DNA of 64,000 bases from IMG/VR virus record IMGVR_UViG_3300047548_000491, positions 1-64,000 of that record. One strand, 5' to 3'. A model generated the notes under the pieces. It was not told where the DNA came from. It did not search any database and worked only from the letters and a program-made list of their open reading frames with translations. The position numbers and the translations under genes are program-made. How positions within the stretch are numbered: position 1 is the stretch's first letter; every line of letters begins with the position of its first letter. The stretch is from an uncultured virus (IMG/VR IMGVR_UViG_3300047548_000491) (Duplodnaviria > Heunggongvirae > Uroviricota > Caudoviricetes). Below, one piece after another: positions 29,112-38,817 of this stretch.

Positions 29112-29351
29112 ATGACTGAGTTTGAGACTAACTGCTATGGTATGTCTGTTGAAGATATCCGTGAGCAGTACATGGAAAGTATTACCGCTCGTTTCTCTGG
29201 TCTTGAAATGGTTGTCATGGGCATTCTGTCTGACTGTCAGGAAATGATGGCAATGGGCACTGGTCCCCGTTCGGTTGAATATGTTCGCAAGCAAATGAAT
29301 GTCGCCAAGTACATTCTGTCCGAAATGCAAGAAGCCAAGCAGGCAGCTTGA
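29112..29351 (+). CDS. early hypothetical protein
   Basis: AAGGAG RBS before ATG 29112. Confidence 0.8.
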   Translation: MTEFETNCYGMSVEDIREQYMESITARFSGLEMVVMGILSDCQEMMAMGTGPRSVEYVRKQMNVAKYILSEMQEAKQAA

Positions 29352-29376
29352 CATAAAAATCAAGTCGTTGTATAAT
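29348..29376 (+). promoter_or_regulatory. sigma70-type early promoter
   Basis: TTGACA-N17-TATAAT. Confidence 0.85.
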
Positions 29377-29398
29377 AATCTTTTATTCAGGAGCTTCA

Positions 29399-30400
29399 AT
29401 GTCTGTAATTCGTGTGTTGTCTGGTTCTTATCGTAACGAACCTGTTAAAGGCGAAATCTTTACTTTGGTAAAAGGTTACCAACTCGGTGCCAAAGGCGGT
29501 TTTGTTACAGTTAAGAACGAAGGTCAATTCCCCGGTCGTCCGGCAGAAGTTCGTGTTCAAGTTGACAATCAGGAATGTGTTCAGTTTATGTCCGGTAAAT
29601 CGGAAATTGTAGAGACTCCTAAAGAAACTGATGAACAGGCAATGGATCGTATTGCCGCACGATTTGCAGTTTTGGATGAAATGTCCGCTGCCTGTATTGC
29701 AGGTAACATTCGTGCTATGATTGTTACAGGTCCTGCAGGCATTGGTAAGTCGCACGGTGTGACTACTCAAATGGAAAAAGCATCGATGTTTGACAAAATC
29801 TCGGGTAAGCGTCCCCGCTTCGAAATTGTCAAAGGTGCTATTTCTGGTATCGGTCTGTTCGCTACATTGTACAAGTACTCTGACAAGAAAAACGTTTTGG
29901 TGTTCGATGACTGTGATGTTTGGGAAGACCAGGACGCAATTAACGTTCTGAAGGGTGCATTGGATTCTGGTAAAACTCGCCGTATCTCTTGGAACAAGGA
30001 CAGTCGTCTGTTGCGTGACGAAGGTGTGCCGAATCAATTCAATTTCAACGGCTCTATCATTTTCATCACTAACAAGACTTTCGATAACAAGAAGGCTAGT
30101 AAGATTCAACCTCACTTGGATGCTCTCCAATCTCGTTGTCACTTTCTTGACCTGACCGTTGACAGTGAGCGTGACAAGATGCTCCGCATCAAGCAAGTTC
30201 ACCGTGATGCTGATGGCGGCCTGTTTGCGGACTATGATTTCAATCAGGAACAAACTGATGAAATTATGAATTTCATTTGGGACAATCATACCAAACTGCG
30301 TGAAGTGTCTTTGCGTATGTGTCTCAAGATTGCAGACTTGGTTAAGATTTCCGCTAACTGGCGTGAACTTGCTAAGGCAACTTGCATGAAGGGCATTTAA
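29399..30400 (+). CDS. P-loop (AAA-like) ATPase
   Basis: GPAGIGKS, VFDDCD, FITN, ALQSR. Confidence 0.85.
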   Translation: MSVIRVLSGSYRNEPVKGEIFTLVKGYQLGAKGGFVTVKNEGQFPGRPAEVRVQVDNQECVQFMSGKSEIVETPKETDEQAMDRIAARFAVLDEMSAACIAGNIRAMIVTGPAGIGKSHGVTTQMEKASMFDKISGKRPRFEIVKGAISGIGLFATLYKYSDKKNVLVFDDCDVWEDQDAINVLKGALDSGKTRRISWNKDSRLLRDEGVPNQFNFNGSIIFITNKTFDNKKASKIQPHLDALQSRCHFLDLTVDSERDKMLRIKQVHRDADGGLFADYDFNQEQTDEIMNFIWDNHTKLREVSLRMCLKIADLVKISANWRELAKATCMKGI

Positions 30401-30456
30401 TTAACGCCGTGTGAAGGCAGAGGGCAACGTCAATAAGACCCTCCCCTATTCTGAAT

Positions 30457-30478
30457 AAAGGACGTAGTGTCCTTTTAT
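30457..30478 (+). terminator. putative intrinsic terminator
   Basis: AAAGGAC/GTCCTTT followed by TAT. Confidence 0.5.
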
Positions 30479-30523
30479 CCATTGATGTTGCAATTACTAT
30501 TTTGATTATGCTATAATAATGAA

Positions 30524-31561
30524 ATGTCAGCAGTAAAACCCTCTACCAAGGAACAGTTAATCCATTATCTATTGAATCATATTAGTTTAGGTACATATGA
30601 TAGAAAGTTTCTATCCAGCCTTCAGACTATGTATGTTACAGCACAAAAGCCAGTAACCACTAATCAATCCAATTTATTGAGCAGGATTATATTACGCTAC
30701 AAAAGGCAACTGTTAAAGCATGAGATTACAGTTGATGAGGCTAATTCACTACCTTGGACACATGATCCTATACCTAGCTTACCTGAATTTACTGAAACAC
30801 ATTTGATTTTAGTAGATGATGAATTAATTTTGCGTAGTCCGTATAAAACAAACTTTGTCAAAGACTTTAGAAAATTAGAAATATACGGAAAATGGGAACA
30901 AGAGGATAGGTTTTGGAGAATACCTGCGAATACATTTACTCTGCGTGAAGTAAAAAAGTGTATTGAACATCATTATCCCAAGATAAATTATTGCGACCAA
31001 TTAACTGCCCTTCTGAAAGACATTGACTCTTTATCCGAAAAAGATTATTGGGACCCTACATATGTAAATAAGAATGGTAACTTTTATGTTGCCCCAATTA
31101 CAGAATCGTTGCACAACGCTATTGAAAAAATTCCTCTCGATATAGAATTTAAAAACATCACTAGATTAGTTTCTAGTGGAATCAACATAGATAGTAGCGT
31201 AACAGAACTTTGCCGTAGTAAATATTCGGATAAGGAGATCAATTTTGTTAAGTCTCCTGTTGCGACAATTGAATATCTAGACCCGCAGCTTAGTGACTTG
31301 TTAATTTCACTGGAACCCGATTTAGTTATATTTTTAGAATACGTTTCGTCAATGAAACCTTACCTTAAAACTATCAAAGAAAAATTAAAAGAGTATAATA
31401 TAAAAACAATAACTCCTGTGTATTCTAACCTAGCTATAGATATGACACAGCACGGTTACATAGTAATTGTAGAAACTGGCATTTCATTACGTCAGCAAAT
31501 ACTACCCTATGCTAGTAAAATAGTCCAGGTAGTAAATAATAAACCCGTACATATTAAATGA
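30524..31561 (+). CDS. hypothetical protein, possible HARP-like segment
   Basis: SPY...V..F......KW....FW.I; overlaps uvsW. Confidence 0.65.
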   Translation: MSAVKPSTKEQLIHYLLNHISLGTYDRKFLSSLQTMYVTAQKPVTTNQSNLLSRIILRYKRQLLKHEITVDEANSLPWTHDPIPSLPEFTETHLILVDDELILRSPYKTNFVKDFRKLEIYGKWEQEDRFWRIPANTFTLREVKKCIEHHYPKINYCDQLTALLKDIDSLSEKDYWDPTYVNKNGNFYVAPITESLHNAIEKIPLDIEFKNITRLVSSGINIDSSVTELCRSKYSDKEINFVKSPVATIEYLDPQLSDLLISLEPDLVIFLEYVSSMKPYLKTIKEKLKEYNIKTITPVYSNLAIDMTQHGYIVIVETGISLRQQILPYASKIVQVVNNKPVHIK

Positions 31562-33045
31562 AAGAATGTAAATTAATCATAAAAGATGAAGTAAACGTAA
31601 AGCTAGAAGGTCTAGAACTTGGTGACCGTAAGACGCTGATGAAGATGTTTGAGTTTGAAGTTCCTGGTGCAAGATATTTACCTAGTGTAAGGCTCGGCAG
31701 ATGGAATGGTAAAACAAGTTATTTTAGTTTAGGTGGTAGCACATACATTAATCTATTGCCAGAGATTCTTCCTCTGCTAGATCAAGCCGGGTATGATATT
31801 GAACTAGATGACCAGCGTGAATACACTACAACATTCAATTTCGCTCAAGTGTCCGAGGAGACATTCAAACACAAAGTCTGGCCAGCAAAGCACCCAATGG
31901 CAGGTCAACCTGTTGTATTGCGTGACTATCAGATCGAAATCATCAACAACTTCCTTGCTAACCCACAATCAATCCAAGAAGTAGCTACGGGTGCAGGTAA
32001 GACACTAACAACAGCAGCATTAAGTTTAAGTGTAGAAGACTATGGGAGAAGTATCGTTATTGTCCCTAATAAGGACCTCGTCAGACAAACGGAAGCCGAT
32101 TATATTAATCTGGGCTTGGACGTTGGTGTATATTTTGGTGACCGTAAAGAAGTCGGACGCACTCATACTATCTGTACTTGGCAATCACTAAACAACATGA
32201 TGAAGAAAACTCAGTCAGGAGAGGCTGAAATTTCTATCATTGACTTTATTGAAGATGTTGTTTGTGTTATGGTTGACGAAGTGCATATGGCTAAAGCGGA
32301 TGCATTGAAAGCATTATTAACAGGTCCAATGTCACGTATTCCTATTCGTTGGGGACTCACTGGTACGATACCTAAATCTAAATTTGAATTTATGTCATTG
32401 TTCGTCAGTCTCGGTAACGTGATTGGCAAACTGTCTGCTAAAGAGTTGCAAGATAAAGGTGTACTTGCACAATGTCACGTAAACATTGTTCAATTGAAAG
32501 ACGATGTTGAATTCAGTAACTACCAAAGCGAATTAAAATATTTAACAGAAAACAGTGAACGTCTAGACGCAATTGCAGGATTGATTGGCAAAATAGTTGA
32601 GAGCGGAAACACACTTATTCTAGTCGACCGCATTAGTGCAGGCAAAGAATTACAACGCAGACTGAGTGATATATTCAGTCTACTGAAAGACGCACCTGAA
32701 GTAGCTTTTGTTTCAGGTGAAACTAATTTAACAGAAAGAAGGGAAAACTATGATGAAGTCGCAACATCAAACAACAAAATCATTATCGCAACTTATGGGG
32801 TTGCCGCTGTGGGTATTAACATACCCCGCATATTTAACCTCGTGTTATTGGAACCAGGTAAGTCGTTTGTTAGAGTCATACAATCCATTGGACGAGGAAT
32901 CAGAAAAGCCGAAGACAAAGACTTTGTCCAAATCTGGGACATTACAAGTTCCTGCAAATTCGCAAAAAGACACCTCACCCAAAGAAAAGCGTTCTACAAA
33001 GAAGCTGCATACCCGTTCGACCTTGAAAAACTTACCTACAAATGA
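31558..33045 (+). CDS. uvsW: UvsW-like superfamily 2 helicase
   Basis: LRDYQ, ATGAGKT, DEVH, LTGT, QSIGRGIR. Confidence 0.92.
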   Translation: MKECKLIIKDEVNVKLEGLELGDRKTLMKMFEFEVPGARYLPSVRLGRWNGKTSYFSLGGSTYINLLPEILPLLDQAGYDIELDDQREYTTTFNFAQVSEETFKHKVWPAKHPMAGQPVVLRDYQIEIINNFLANPQSIQEVATGAGKTLTTAALSLSVEDYGRSIVIVPNKDLVRQTEADYINLGLDVGVYFGDRKEVGRTHTICTWQSLNNMMKKTQSGEAEISIIDFIEDVVCVMVDEVHMAKADALKALLTGPMSRIPIRWGLTGTIPKSKFEFMSLFVSLGNVIGKLSAKELQDKGVLAQCHVNIVQLKDDVEFSNYQSELKYLTENSERLDAIAGLIGKIVESGNTLILVDRISAGKELQRRLSDIFSLLKDAPEVAFVSGETNLTERRENYDEVATSNNKIIIATYGVAAVGINIPRIFNLVLLEPGKSFVRVIQSIGRGIRKAEDKDFVQIWDITSSCKFAKRHLTQRKAFYKEAAYPFDLEKLTYK

Positions 33046-33057
33046 TACACTTTAATT

Positions 33058-33558
33058 ATGAACATTTTATTATTAGACAATATAAAATACAATTTAGAAA
33101 ATCTACCTGAAGAAGTAGATGATGTTAGATTTGCTATTTTAGATAACAGCAATCCGCAGAACGTAGATTACCATTATATTCCATTAATCTTTCTGGAGAG
33201 TTTCAACTCACCTGCACTTGTTTTACGAATTGGAGATCAACATATTAAGATGCCTGTTGATTGGCAAATACTAATCGGGGAACCTGAAATGGGTGACTTG
33301 GAAACATTACCACTAACTAGTATCAATGATCGAGGATTCAAAGCATTCGAGTTTAACCCATTAACCTCATTTAGACCCAGCTTTCTTGACATTGACATTG
33401 TAGATATATACCATGATGTTACATGGTATGCCCCTAGATTAAAAAACGGACAGTTCTTGTGTGTACCAATTGATGATGGATACAAACCTAGGTGTGTGTA
33501 CTTTGTTAAAGAAATTAGTAGAAATTGTGAAATTGTTGACTACCAACAGGCATTCTAA
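33058..33558 (+). CDS. hypothetical beta-rich protein
   Basis: Preceded by TTGAAA-N17-TACACT. Confidence 0.75.
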   Translation: MNILLLDNIKYNLENLPEEVDDVRFAILDNSNPQNVDYHYIPLIFLESFNSPALVLRIGDQHIKMPVDWQILIGEPEMGDLETLPLTSINDRGFKAFEFNPLTSFRPSFLDIDIVDIYHDVTWYAPRLKNGQFLCVPIDDGYKPRCVYFVKEISRNCEIVDYQQAF

Positions 33559-34148
33559 TGGCAACTAAAAAAGCAACTCCGTCAGAAGAAAAATTCGAGA
33601 AACAAGACTTTGATTTGTTCAAGGCTTTAGAAGCGATTGACAAGAAAGACTATTCATATTACGATAGACTGACAGAAGAACAGCAAAAGAAGTTCGTACC
33701 GTTTATGATGACTCACTGGATGAGCCAAATCAAAAGCAATGGTAGTATGCAGGGATATTACGTGCGTAGTGTTGATTATCACGCTAATCAACATTTATTC
33801 AATGAAAACGTGATGAAACATCCCAAACTACAGTGGCTAATGTTGTGTGCTAGTAGCCCTGATATGGGAAAGCAATTCCATCAATGGGTGCCGCACTTGT
33901 CTAGCAAAGTTGCTACATTGAAAGAAACACCCAAAGAACGTGAAATTAGAGAGTATTTTAGTAAAATTTATCCTAAGGCAAGCGAAGCAAACCTATATGC
34001 TATAAGCGAAGCATATGTTACAGAACACAAGAAAAAATCATACCTAGCCAAAAGATTTGAAAATCTAAAATACGAAGATATTGAAATATTAGCAAATTTA
34101 GTGACCGACGATGACATTCGTAGATATGAAGAAGACCGAGGAAATTGA
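33558..34148 (+). CDS. putative clamp loader small subunit (gp62-like)
   Basis: PFM...WMS...AN.....K.QW pattern; replication context. Confidence 0.45.
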   Translation: MATKKATPSEEKFEKQDFDLFKALEAIDKKDYSYYDRLTEEQQKKFVPFMMTHWMSQIKSNGSMQGYYVRSVDYHANQHLFNENVMKHPKLQWLMLCASSPDMGKQFHQWVPHLSSKVATLKETPKEREIREYFSKIYPKASEANLYAISEAYVTEHKKKSYLAKRFENLKYEDIEILANLVTDDDIRRYEEDRGN

Positions 34149-34824
34149 AACGAAACACAGTTGCGAATTCTGCAACCGAACATTCGTCAGAGAAAAAACT
34201 CTGTTCACCCACATGTGTGAGACAAAGAATAGATGGTTGTCAAAAGATAAAATTGCAAATAGAATAGGATTTCAAAGTTTCGTTCAATTTTATAAAAAAC
34301 ATTCTGCTGCTAAAAAGACAAAAACATATGATGAATTCATTCGTAGTCCATACTACACAGCTTTTGTAAAGTTTGGAAATTATTGTAGTGATATCAATGC
34401 TATCAACATTTCTCGTTTTGTTGATTGGTTATTAGCAGAACAAGTGTCAATTGATAATTGGAATAGTGATAAAGTATATACTAGGTATTTGATCGAATAT
34501 CTTAGAAAAGAAGATCCAATGGATGCTATACATCGTAGTGTAGAAACGTCAATAGAATTAGTAAAATCTGAAGGTATTCTTCCTAAAGACTTGTTGAGAT
34601 TCGGTAATACAAACAAGATTTGTTATGCAATAACTACTGGTAAGATTAGCCCTTGGATGTTGTATCAAAGTAAAAGTGGCCCTAAGTTTTTAGACACGTT
34701 ACACCCTGACCAAGTTAAATTCATTATAGATTATATTGATCCAGAGCAATGGGCACTAAAATTTCACAGAGAGCCGGAAAATGTCAGAGCAGTCAAAGAA
34801 ATCCTTGATGTTGGGGGGTATTGA
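34111..34824 (+). CDS. hypothetical protein with N-terminal zinc finger
   Basis: CEFCNRTF...L..HMC. Confidence 0.7.
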   Translation: MTFVDMKKTEEIETKHSCEFCNRTFVREKTLFTHMCETKNRWLSKDKIANRIGFQSFVQFYKKHSAAKKTKTYDEFIRSPYYTAFVKFGNYCSDINAINISRFVDWLLAEQVSIDNWNSDKVYTRYLIEYLRKEDPMDAIHRSVETSIELVKSEGILPKDLLRFGNTNKICYAITTGKISPWMLYQSKSGPKFLDTLHPDQVKFIIDYIDPEQWALKFHREPENVRAVKEILDVGGY

Positions 34825-35035
34825 TATTAATCATGATTATAGAGTAAGAATACCCTTTACAGTAGGGTTCATGAGTGACGGCGAAATAAATATGTGGAAT
34901 GAAACATGTGCTAGAGCAATCGAGATGTTCGGATTGCCGGGTGACAAATACACATGTAGATTTACTAAAGAAGCGATTGAGTTTTGGTTCTTAGAAGAAA
35001 AAGATGCTATGATTTTTGAGTTGACTTGTGGATAA
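34781..35035 (+). CDS. LRW-family protein (start uncertain)
   Basis: EMFGLPG...FWFLEEKDAMIFELTCG. Confidence 0.7.
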   Translation: MSEQSKKSLMLGGIDINHDYRVRIPFTVGFMSDGEINMWNETCARAIEMFGLPGDKYTCRFTKEAIEFWFLEEKDAMIFELTCG

Positions 35036-35288
35036 GTGTTTAGAGTTTATATTGCCTAGCGGAGCAGCAGGTATGGCAGCCGGCATGACTCGTCAAGCTA
35101 TAGGTAAAAAAATCAGAAAATTACAAGAAGATAAAAAAATAGGTCAGTATAAAACTAAAACGACAGGATATAGATTTAAGGTATGGTTTGAGAATGAAAT
35201 TGACTACACTACTTTTTTCCTTGTTTGGGAAGCCATTAACTCTTGGCATAAACCTAAAATCATTGAAGAAGATTACGATCCGAATTAA
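35028..35288 (+). CDS. LRW-family protein
   Basis: VWFENEIDYTTFFLVWE. Confidence 0.7.
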   Translation: MDKCLEFILPSGAAGMAAGMTRQAIGKKIRKLQEDKKIGQYKTKTTGYRFKVWFENEIDYTTFFLVWEAINSWHKPKIIEEDYDPN

Positions 35289-35691
35289 AGCTCTTATAAG
35301 AATATTAAAAGCAAATCGCAAACTCAAAAAGAGTGGTTACAATAATTGGGCACATTATAAACATAACCGTGACCCCGATGTCGAAAGGTATGCTAATTGC
35401 ATAGATGACTTCTACAAGGGTTATCCATATATCTATGCTTGCCCAAACCCAAACCACTATGCATATCAACACATAGCCGATTATGGACCAGGTGGTGACA
35501 TATATGGGTTTAATGAGATAGAATTTTGGTGTCACGAAAAAATAAGGTGGAACTTTCGTTGTGACATGCATAGAGTTTATGAGAATCAATGGGGAAAAAT
35601 TGAGTTCAATGATATCGGAGGTTATGATAGAATATACTTTGCTTTTAAACGTGAACAAGATTTTACACACTTTTTATTGCGATGGGCCTAA
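35263..35691 (+). CDS. LRW-family protein with N-terminal extension (start uncertain)
   Basis: WCHEK...FKREQDFTHFLLRWA. Confidence 0.7.
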   Translation: MKKITIRIKALIRILKANRKLKKSGYNNWAHYKHNRDPDVERYANCIDDFYKGYPYIYACPNPNHYAYQHIADYGPGGDIYGFNEIEFWCHEKIRWNFRCDMHRVYENQWGKIEFNDIGGYDRIYFAFKREQDFTHFLLRWA

Positions 35692-35924
35692 AAAGAATAT
35701 ACATAATGTATCATACACCTAGATCGATGGAAGTTCTTTCATGGTTTTATGATACATTCGGTGAACCTCAGGAATGGGGAGGTATAATGTCAGAGCCTGT
35801 TCAATTGAAAAGTGGATATCAGTGGGCCAATGGTCAACATTCTACTAATTATCATGATGAAGCTAGTCCATGTATTTGGTGTACAGAACAAGCGTTTATG
35901 ATGTATTCTCTAAGGTGGTTATAA
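35682..35924 (+). CDS. LRW-family protein (alternative start 35706)
   Basis: WFYDTFG...MYSLRWL. Confidence 0.7.
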   Translation: MGLKRIYIMYHTPRSMEVLSWFYDTFGEPQEWGGIMSEPVQLKSGYQWANGQHSTNYHDEASPCIWCTEQAFMMYSLRWL

Positions 35925-36178
35925 TGGAACAAGGTAGCTTTACATATAAAACAACTAATTACTATGGTAGTCAACGAAAGATTCACATCGTATCTTGGAA
36001 AGGTAAGGGTGAAGTTGACGGGGATGAAATCCGAAAGTGGTGTATTGAAAACTTCGGAAATCCAGGTTATCAGGAAGAACATTCTCAAGCTCGATGGCTA
36101 GATGATATTAAAGATTCGGGTGAAATCTATCTGTGTAAAGATGAAGATTTGACCTTTTTCTTACTCAAGTGGACATGA
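35924..36178 (+). CDS. LRW-family protein
   Basis: WCIENFG...EDLTFFLLKWT. Confidence 0.8.
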   Translation: MEQGSFTYKTTNYYGSQRKIHIVSWKGKGEVDGDEIRKWCIENFGNPGYQEEHSQARWLDDIKDSGEIYLCKDEDLTFFLLKWT

Positions 36179-36384
36179 TGTACGATGATTTGACCCATAG
36201 GGTATTTCTAAAATGTCCAACTACAGACACAGATACAGTTGACAGGTGGTGTTACGAACATTTTGGTGAACAGGGTGACAAATGGGATGCTTGGTTCGCA
36301 GATGATAGTCTCTGGAATTATGACCAAATTTATGCTTTCGTTAACCACGAAGATGCAGTACTTTTTACTCTAACTTGGGTATGA
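36175..36384 (+). CDS. LRW-family protein
   Basis: WCYEHFG...EDAVLFTLTWV. Confidence 0.8.
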   Translation: MMYDDLTHRVFLKCPTTDTDTVDRWCYEHFGEQGDKWDAWFADDSLWNYDQIYAFVNHEDAVLFTLTWV

Positions 36385-36614
36385 GAAGATTACATTTTGA
36401 TGGCTCTACTTGGCATGATACCAAACCCGGTTGGCATGAAATTGAATTGAATTTGAACGGTCAACCAAAACGCTATCGTGAAATACTAGAATGGCTGTAT
36501 AATACTATAGACAAGCCGGAAAGGCATTGTAGGTGGTTCCAAACGTCTGTTGGAATCAAAATTAAATTTAGGTACGAACGAGATTTTATTATCGCAACAT
36601 TGAGGTGGACATGA
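36381..36614 (+). CDS. LRW-family protein
   Basis: FRYERDFIIATLRWT. Confidence 0.8.
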   Translation: MRRLHFDGSTWHDTKPGWHEIELNLNGQPKRYREILEWLYNTIDKPERHCRWFQTSVGIKIKFRYERDFIIATLRWT

Positions 36615-36964
36615 GAGTAGGTGTTTGGTATCGTACAGAATTACAACAACCCCCTAAGTCAGGTTACTACCTTAGCTACAGAGGATGGGGTATCGCTGGC
36701 AAGGCAGATGACGACAGCGATTGGGGTTATGTCTATTACGATAAGAAAATAAATGAGTGGCGTGATTATCAAAATGTTAGCAGTAGCTATGCTATTGTCT
36801 ATTACTGGACTGACGCTACGCCTGATGATTGGGTAAATCAAGACCCACCCGGTGTCACATTACATAAAGTAAAAGAAGAACACAATGTAGCACTGGAAGA
36901 TGCGTGGAAGAAAGTTCAGGAGGCAATCGACCAGTACAACATGATTAAAGAGTTGGTGCGATGA
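36611..36964 (+). CDS. hypothetical protein, non-family insert in the array
   Basis: W....PPKSGYY...YYW; ATGA overlaps. Confidence 0.75.
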   Translation: MRVGVWYRTELQQPPKSGYYLSYRGWGIAGKADDDSDWGYVYYDKKINEWRDYQNVSSSYAIVYYWTDATPDDWVNQDPPGVTLHKVKEEHNVALEDAWKKVQEAIDQYNMIKELVR

Positions 36965-37335
36965 CAATACAATTACACGACTATCAATTGTGCGTTTTAG
37001 AACACTTAAAGGGATGGAAGCCGGGCGAAATGATGCTTATCTCTACTCCTAGACAAACTGGTAAAACTTATCTCAATCAATTATTCGGTAAAATGAGTAA
37101 CAGACAAATTTTTATGATGGGACCAGAACCTAAGTATAAATTCAGTCGTGCCAACTGGTATCAAGCAGAATTTGACTGGCGAAAGTATGATGAAGTTGAA
37201 GAATGGTGCGAACAACAGTTTGGGCCGCACCCACAGAGACCAGATGCGTGGAGTCGCTGGTGGCATAAGTTTGAGAATAGCATTCTGTTCCGTGACGAAA
37301 AAGACTATGTATTGTTCATGTTGAGGTGGTCGTGA
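36961..37335 (+). CDS. LRW-family protein fused to a terminase-like Walker A fragment
   Basis: LHDYQ...PRQTGKT then WCEQQFG...FMLRWS. Confidence 0.8.
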   Translation: MTIQLHDYQLCVLEHLKGWKPGEMMLISTPRQTGKTYLNQLFGKMSNRQIFMMGPEPKYKFSRANWYQAEFDWRKYDEVEEWCEQQFGPHPQRPDAWSRWWHKFENSILFRDEKDYVLFMLRWS

Positions 37336-37577
37336 TGTTTATTCACACATACCAACAACAGGAGGATTGGAGAGATCCCGTACCCTGGTTTGTTGCTGCA
37401 TTTACGACACCTAAGGAAAATCGTAAAGAGATTACCAAATGGTGTTACAAAACTTTTGGTGCCCCTAGTATGAATCATCTTACTAAACAGATTCGTTGGA
37501 AAGATAGTATTCAATACGGTGAAATATATTTCAGTAATCAAAAAGACCTGGAGTGGTTTGTACTGAGGTGGTCATGA
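37335..37577 (+). CDS. LRW-family protein
   Basis: WCYKTFG...KDLEWFVLRWS. Confidence 0.8.
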   Translation: MFIHTYQQQEDWRDPVPWFVAAFTTPKENRKEITKWCYKTFGAPSMNHLTKQIRWKDSIQYGEIYFSNQKDLEWFVLRWS

Positions 37578-37780
37578 CTATGCACAAAGTTGTTTATGCT
37601 CAAACTACAGATGGCACACTGTCTGCGTATCAGCGTAGCTATAAAGACCACCTAGTAGACGAATGGCTTAAAGAATATTGTAAAGGCCCTTACTATCATA
37701 ACCCGGGCTGGACTACAGAAAAGTTTATTGAGTTTGAACGCAATGAAGATGCGTTTTGGTTTGCGTTAAGGTGGTGTTGA
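37574..37780 (+). CDS. LRW-family protein
   Basis: EDAFWFALRWC. Confidence 0.8.
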   Translation: MTMHKVVYAQTTDGTLSAYQRSYKDHLVDEWLKEYCKGPYYHNPGWTTEKFIEFERNEDAFWFALRWC

Positions 37781-38022
37781 TGAATAACATTTCAGTTCAT
37801 AATCTTATCGACAATCATATTATCAACTATCTTAGAGAGATTGATAAGCCCAGTAGAACATATTGGCCCTATCTAATTCAGCTAAAATCTTGGGCTGACG
37901 TAAGCCCTGCTGAAAGATTCTGCTATACCCACTTCAAGAGTCGAAACTGGAGAAATATCAGCGCCGATTTTTATTTCAAACATAAAGAAGATTATGAATG
38001 GTTTATGTTAAGGTGGTCTTGA
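37780..38022 (+). CDS. LRW-family protein
   Basis: EDYEWFMLRWS. Confidence 0.8.
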   Translation: MNNISVHNLIDNHIINYLREIDKPSRTYWPYLIQLKSWADVSPAERFCYTHFKSRNWRNISADFYFKHKEDYEWFMLRWS

Positions 38023-38201
38023 TGGAAACAAATATTGTATATAGAGCTATGGCAGCAGGCAACTGGGATGAAAAAGTCGAATGGTGCAGAGAAAACTTGT
38101 ATCCTGGAGGACACTATGAACCAAAATGGTATATGCGTTATCCTTGGATAGAATTTGATGATGAAAAAGAATATATCTGGTTCAAGTTGAGGTGGGAATG
38201 A
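38022..38201 (+). CDS. LRW-family protein
   Basis: WCRENL...EKEYIWFKLRWE. Confidence 0.8.
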   Translation: METNIVYRAMAAGNWDEKVEWCRENLYPGGHYEPKWYMRYPWIEFDDEKEYIWFKLRWE

Positions 38202-38398
38202 GCCTAATTGACGATATCGATGATTTGATGTGGCCAGTATTTGTCAAGTTTGATAAAGCATTGGTTCCTGACGAATGGTACGAACTAGATTGCTGGTGTA
38301 ATCAGCAGTTTGGTAAAGATGGTTGGTGGCTTGAGAAAGGTGTCATGCGTCTTAGAAAAGAAGAACATGCTACAATATTCTTACTAAGATGGGGTTAA
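38198..38398 (+). CDS. LRW-family protein
   Basis: WCNQQFG...ATIFLLRWG. Confidence 0.8.
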   Translation: MSLIDDIDDLMWPVFVKFDKALVPDEWYELDCWCNQQFGKDGWWLEKGVMRLRKEEHATIFLLRWG

Positions 38399-38598
38399 TA
38401 GTTACAAAGTACATTTATGAAAATTTTGATACCGACGCCGCGGTAGAGTGGGCCATAGAAAATTGTCCTAGTTTTGAAAAGTACATGATAATAGAACTAG
38501 ACTGGGAAGAAAAAGAAGATTTGGGTTGTTGGTTTAAATTTGAGGTATATTTTGGTGACGAAAAAGATGCAATGTTTTATTCATTGAGGTGGGCGTAA
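38389..38598 (+). CDS. LRW-family protein
   Basis: WAIENC...EKDAMFYSLRWA. Confidence 0.8.
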   Translation: MGLIVTKYIYENFDTDAAVEWAIENCPSFEKYMIIELDWEEKEDLGCWFKFEVYFGDEKDAMFYSLRWA

Positions 38599-38817
38599 TT
38601 GATTGAAGTGACATTAGAAGATAAATTACCTAGTGAGTTTTTAGAAATTGTTAGAGAAATTAAAGACAAAGGGTATGTTCAGGGAACTGACTTTGACTTT
38701 GCTTACCATCCACCCAAATTTGATAACTTTTCAGGGGATGCAGTGTATAATAGATGCGTCATATTCAAATTTTATAAAGAAGAAATTGCAACATGGTTCA
38801 ACCTAAAGTATCTTTGA
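38599..38817 (+). CDS. LRW-family protein (TTG start)
   Basis: FYKEEIATWFNLKYL; GAGGTG upstream. Confidence 0.75.
   Translation: MIEVTLEDKLPSEFLEIVREIKDKGYVQGTDFDFAYHPPKFDNFSGDAVYNRCVIFKFYKEEIATWFNLKYL

Noticed and set aside
33058..33558. Standalone Hint-like domain
   Set aside because: Only a vague beta-strand pattern; the N-terminal Cys/Ser and terminal HN motifs are missing.
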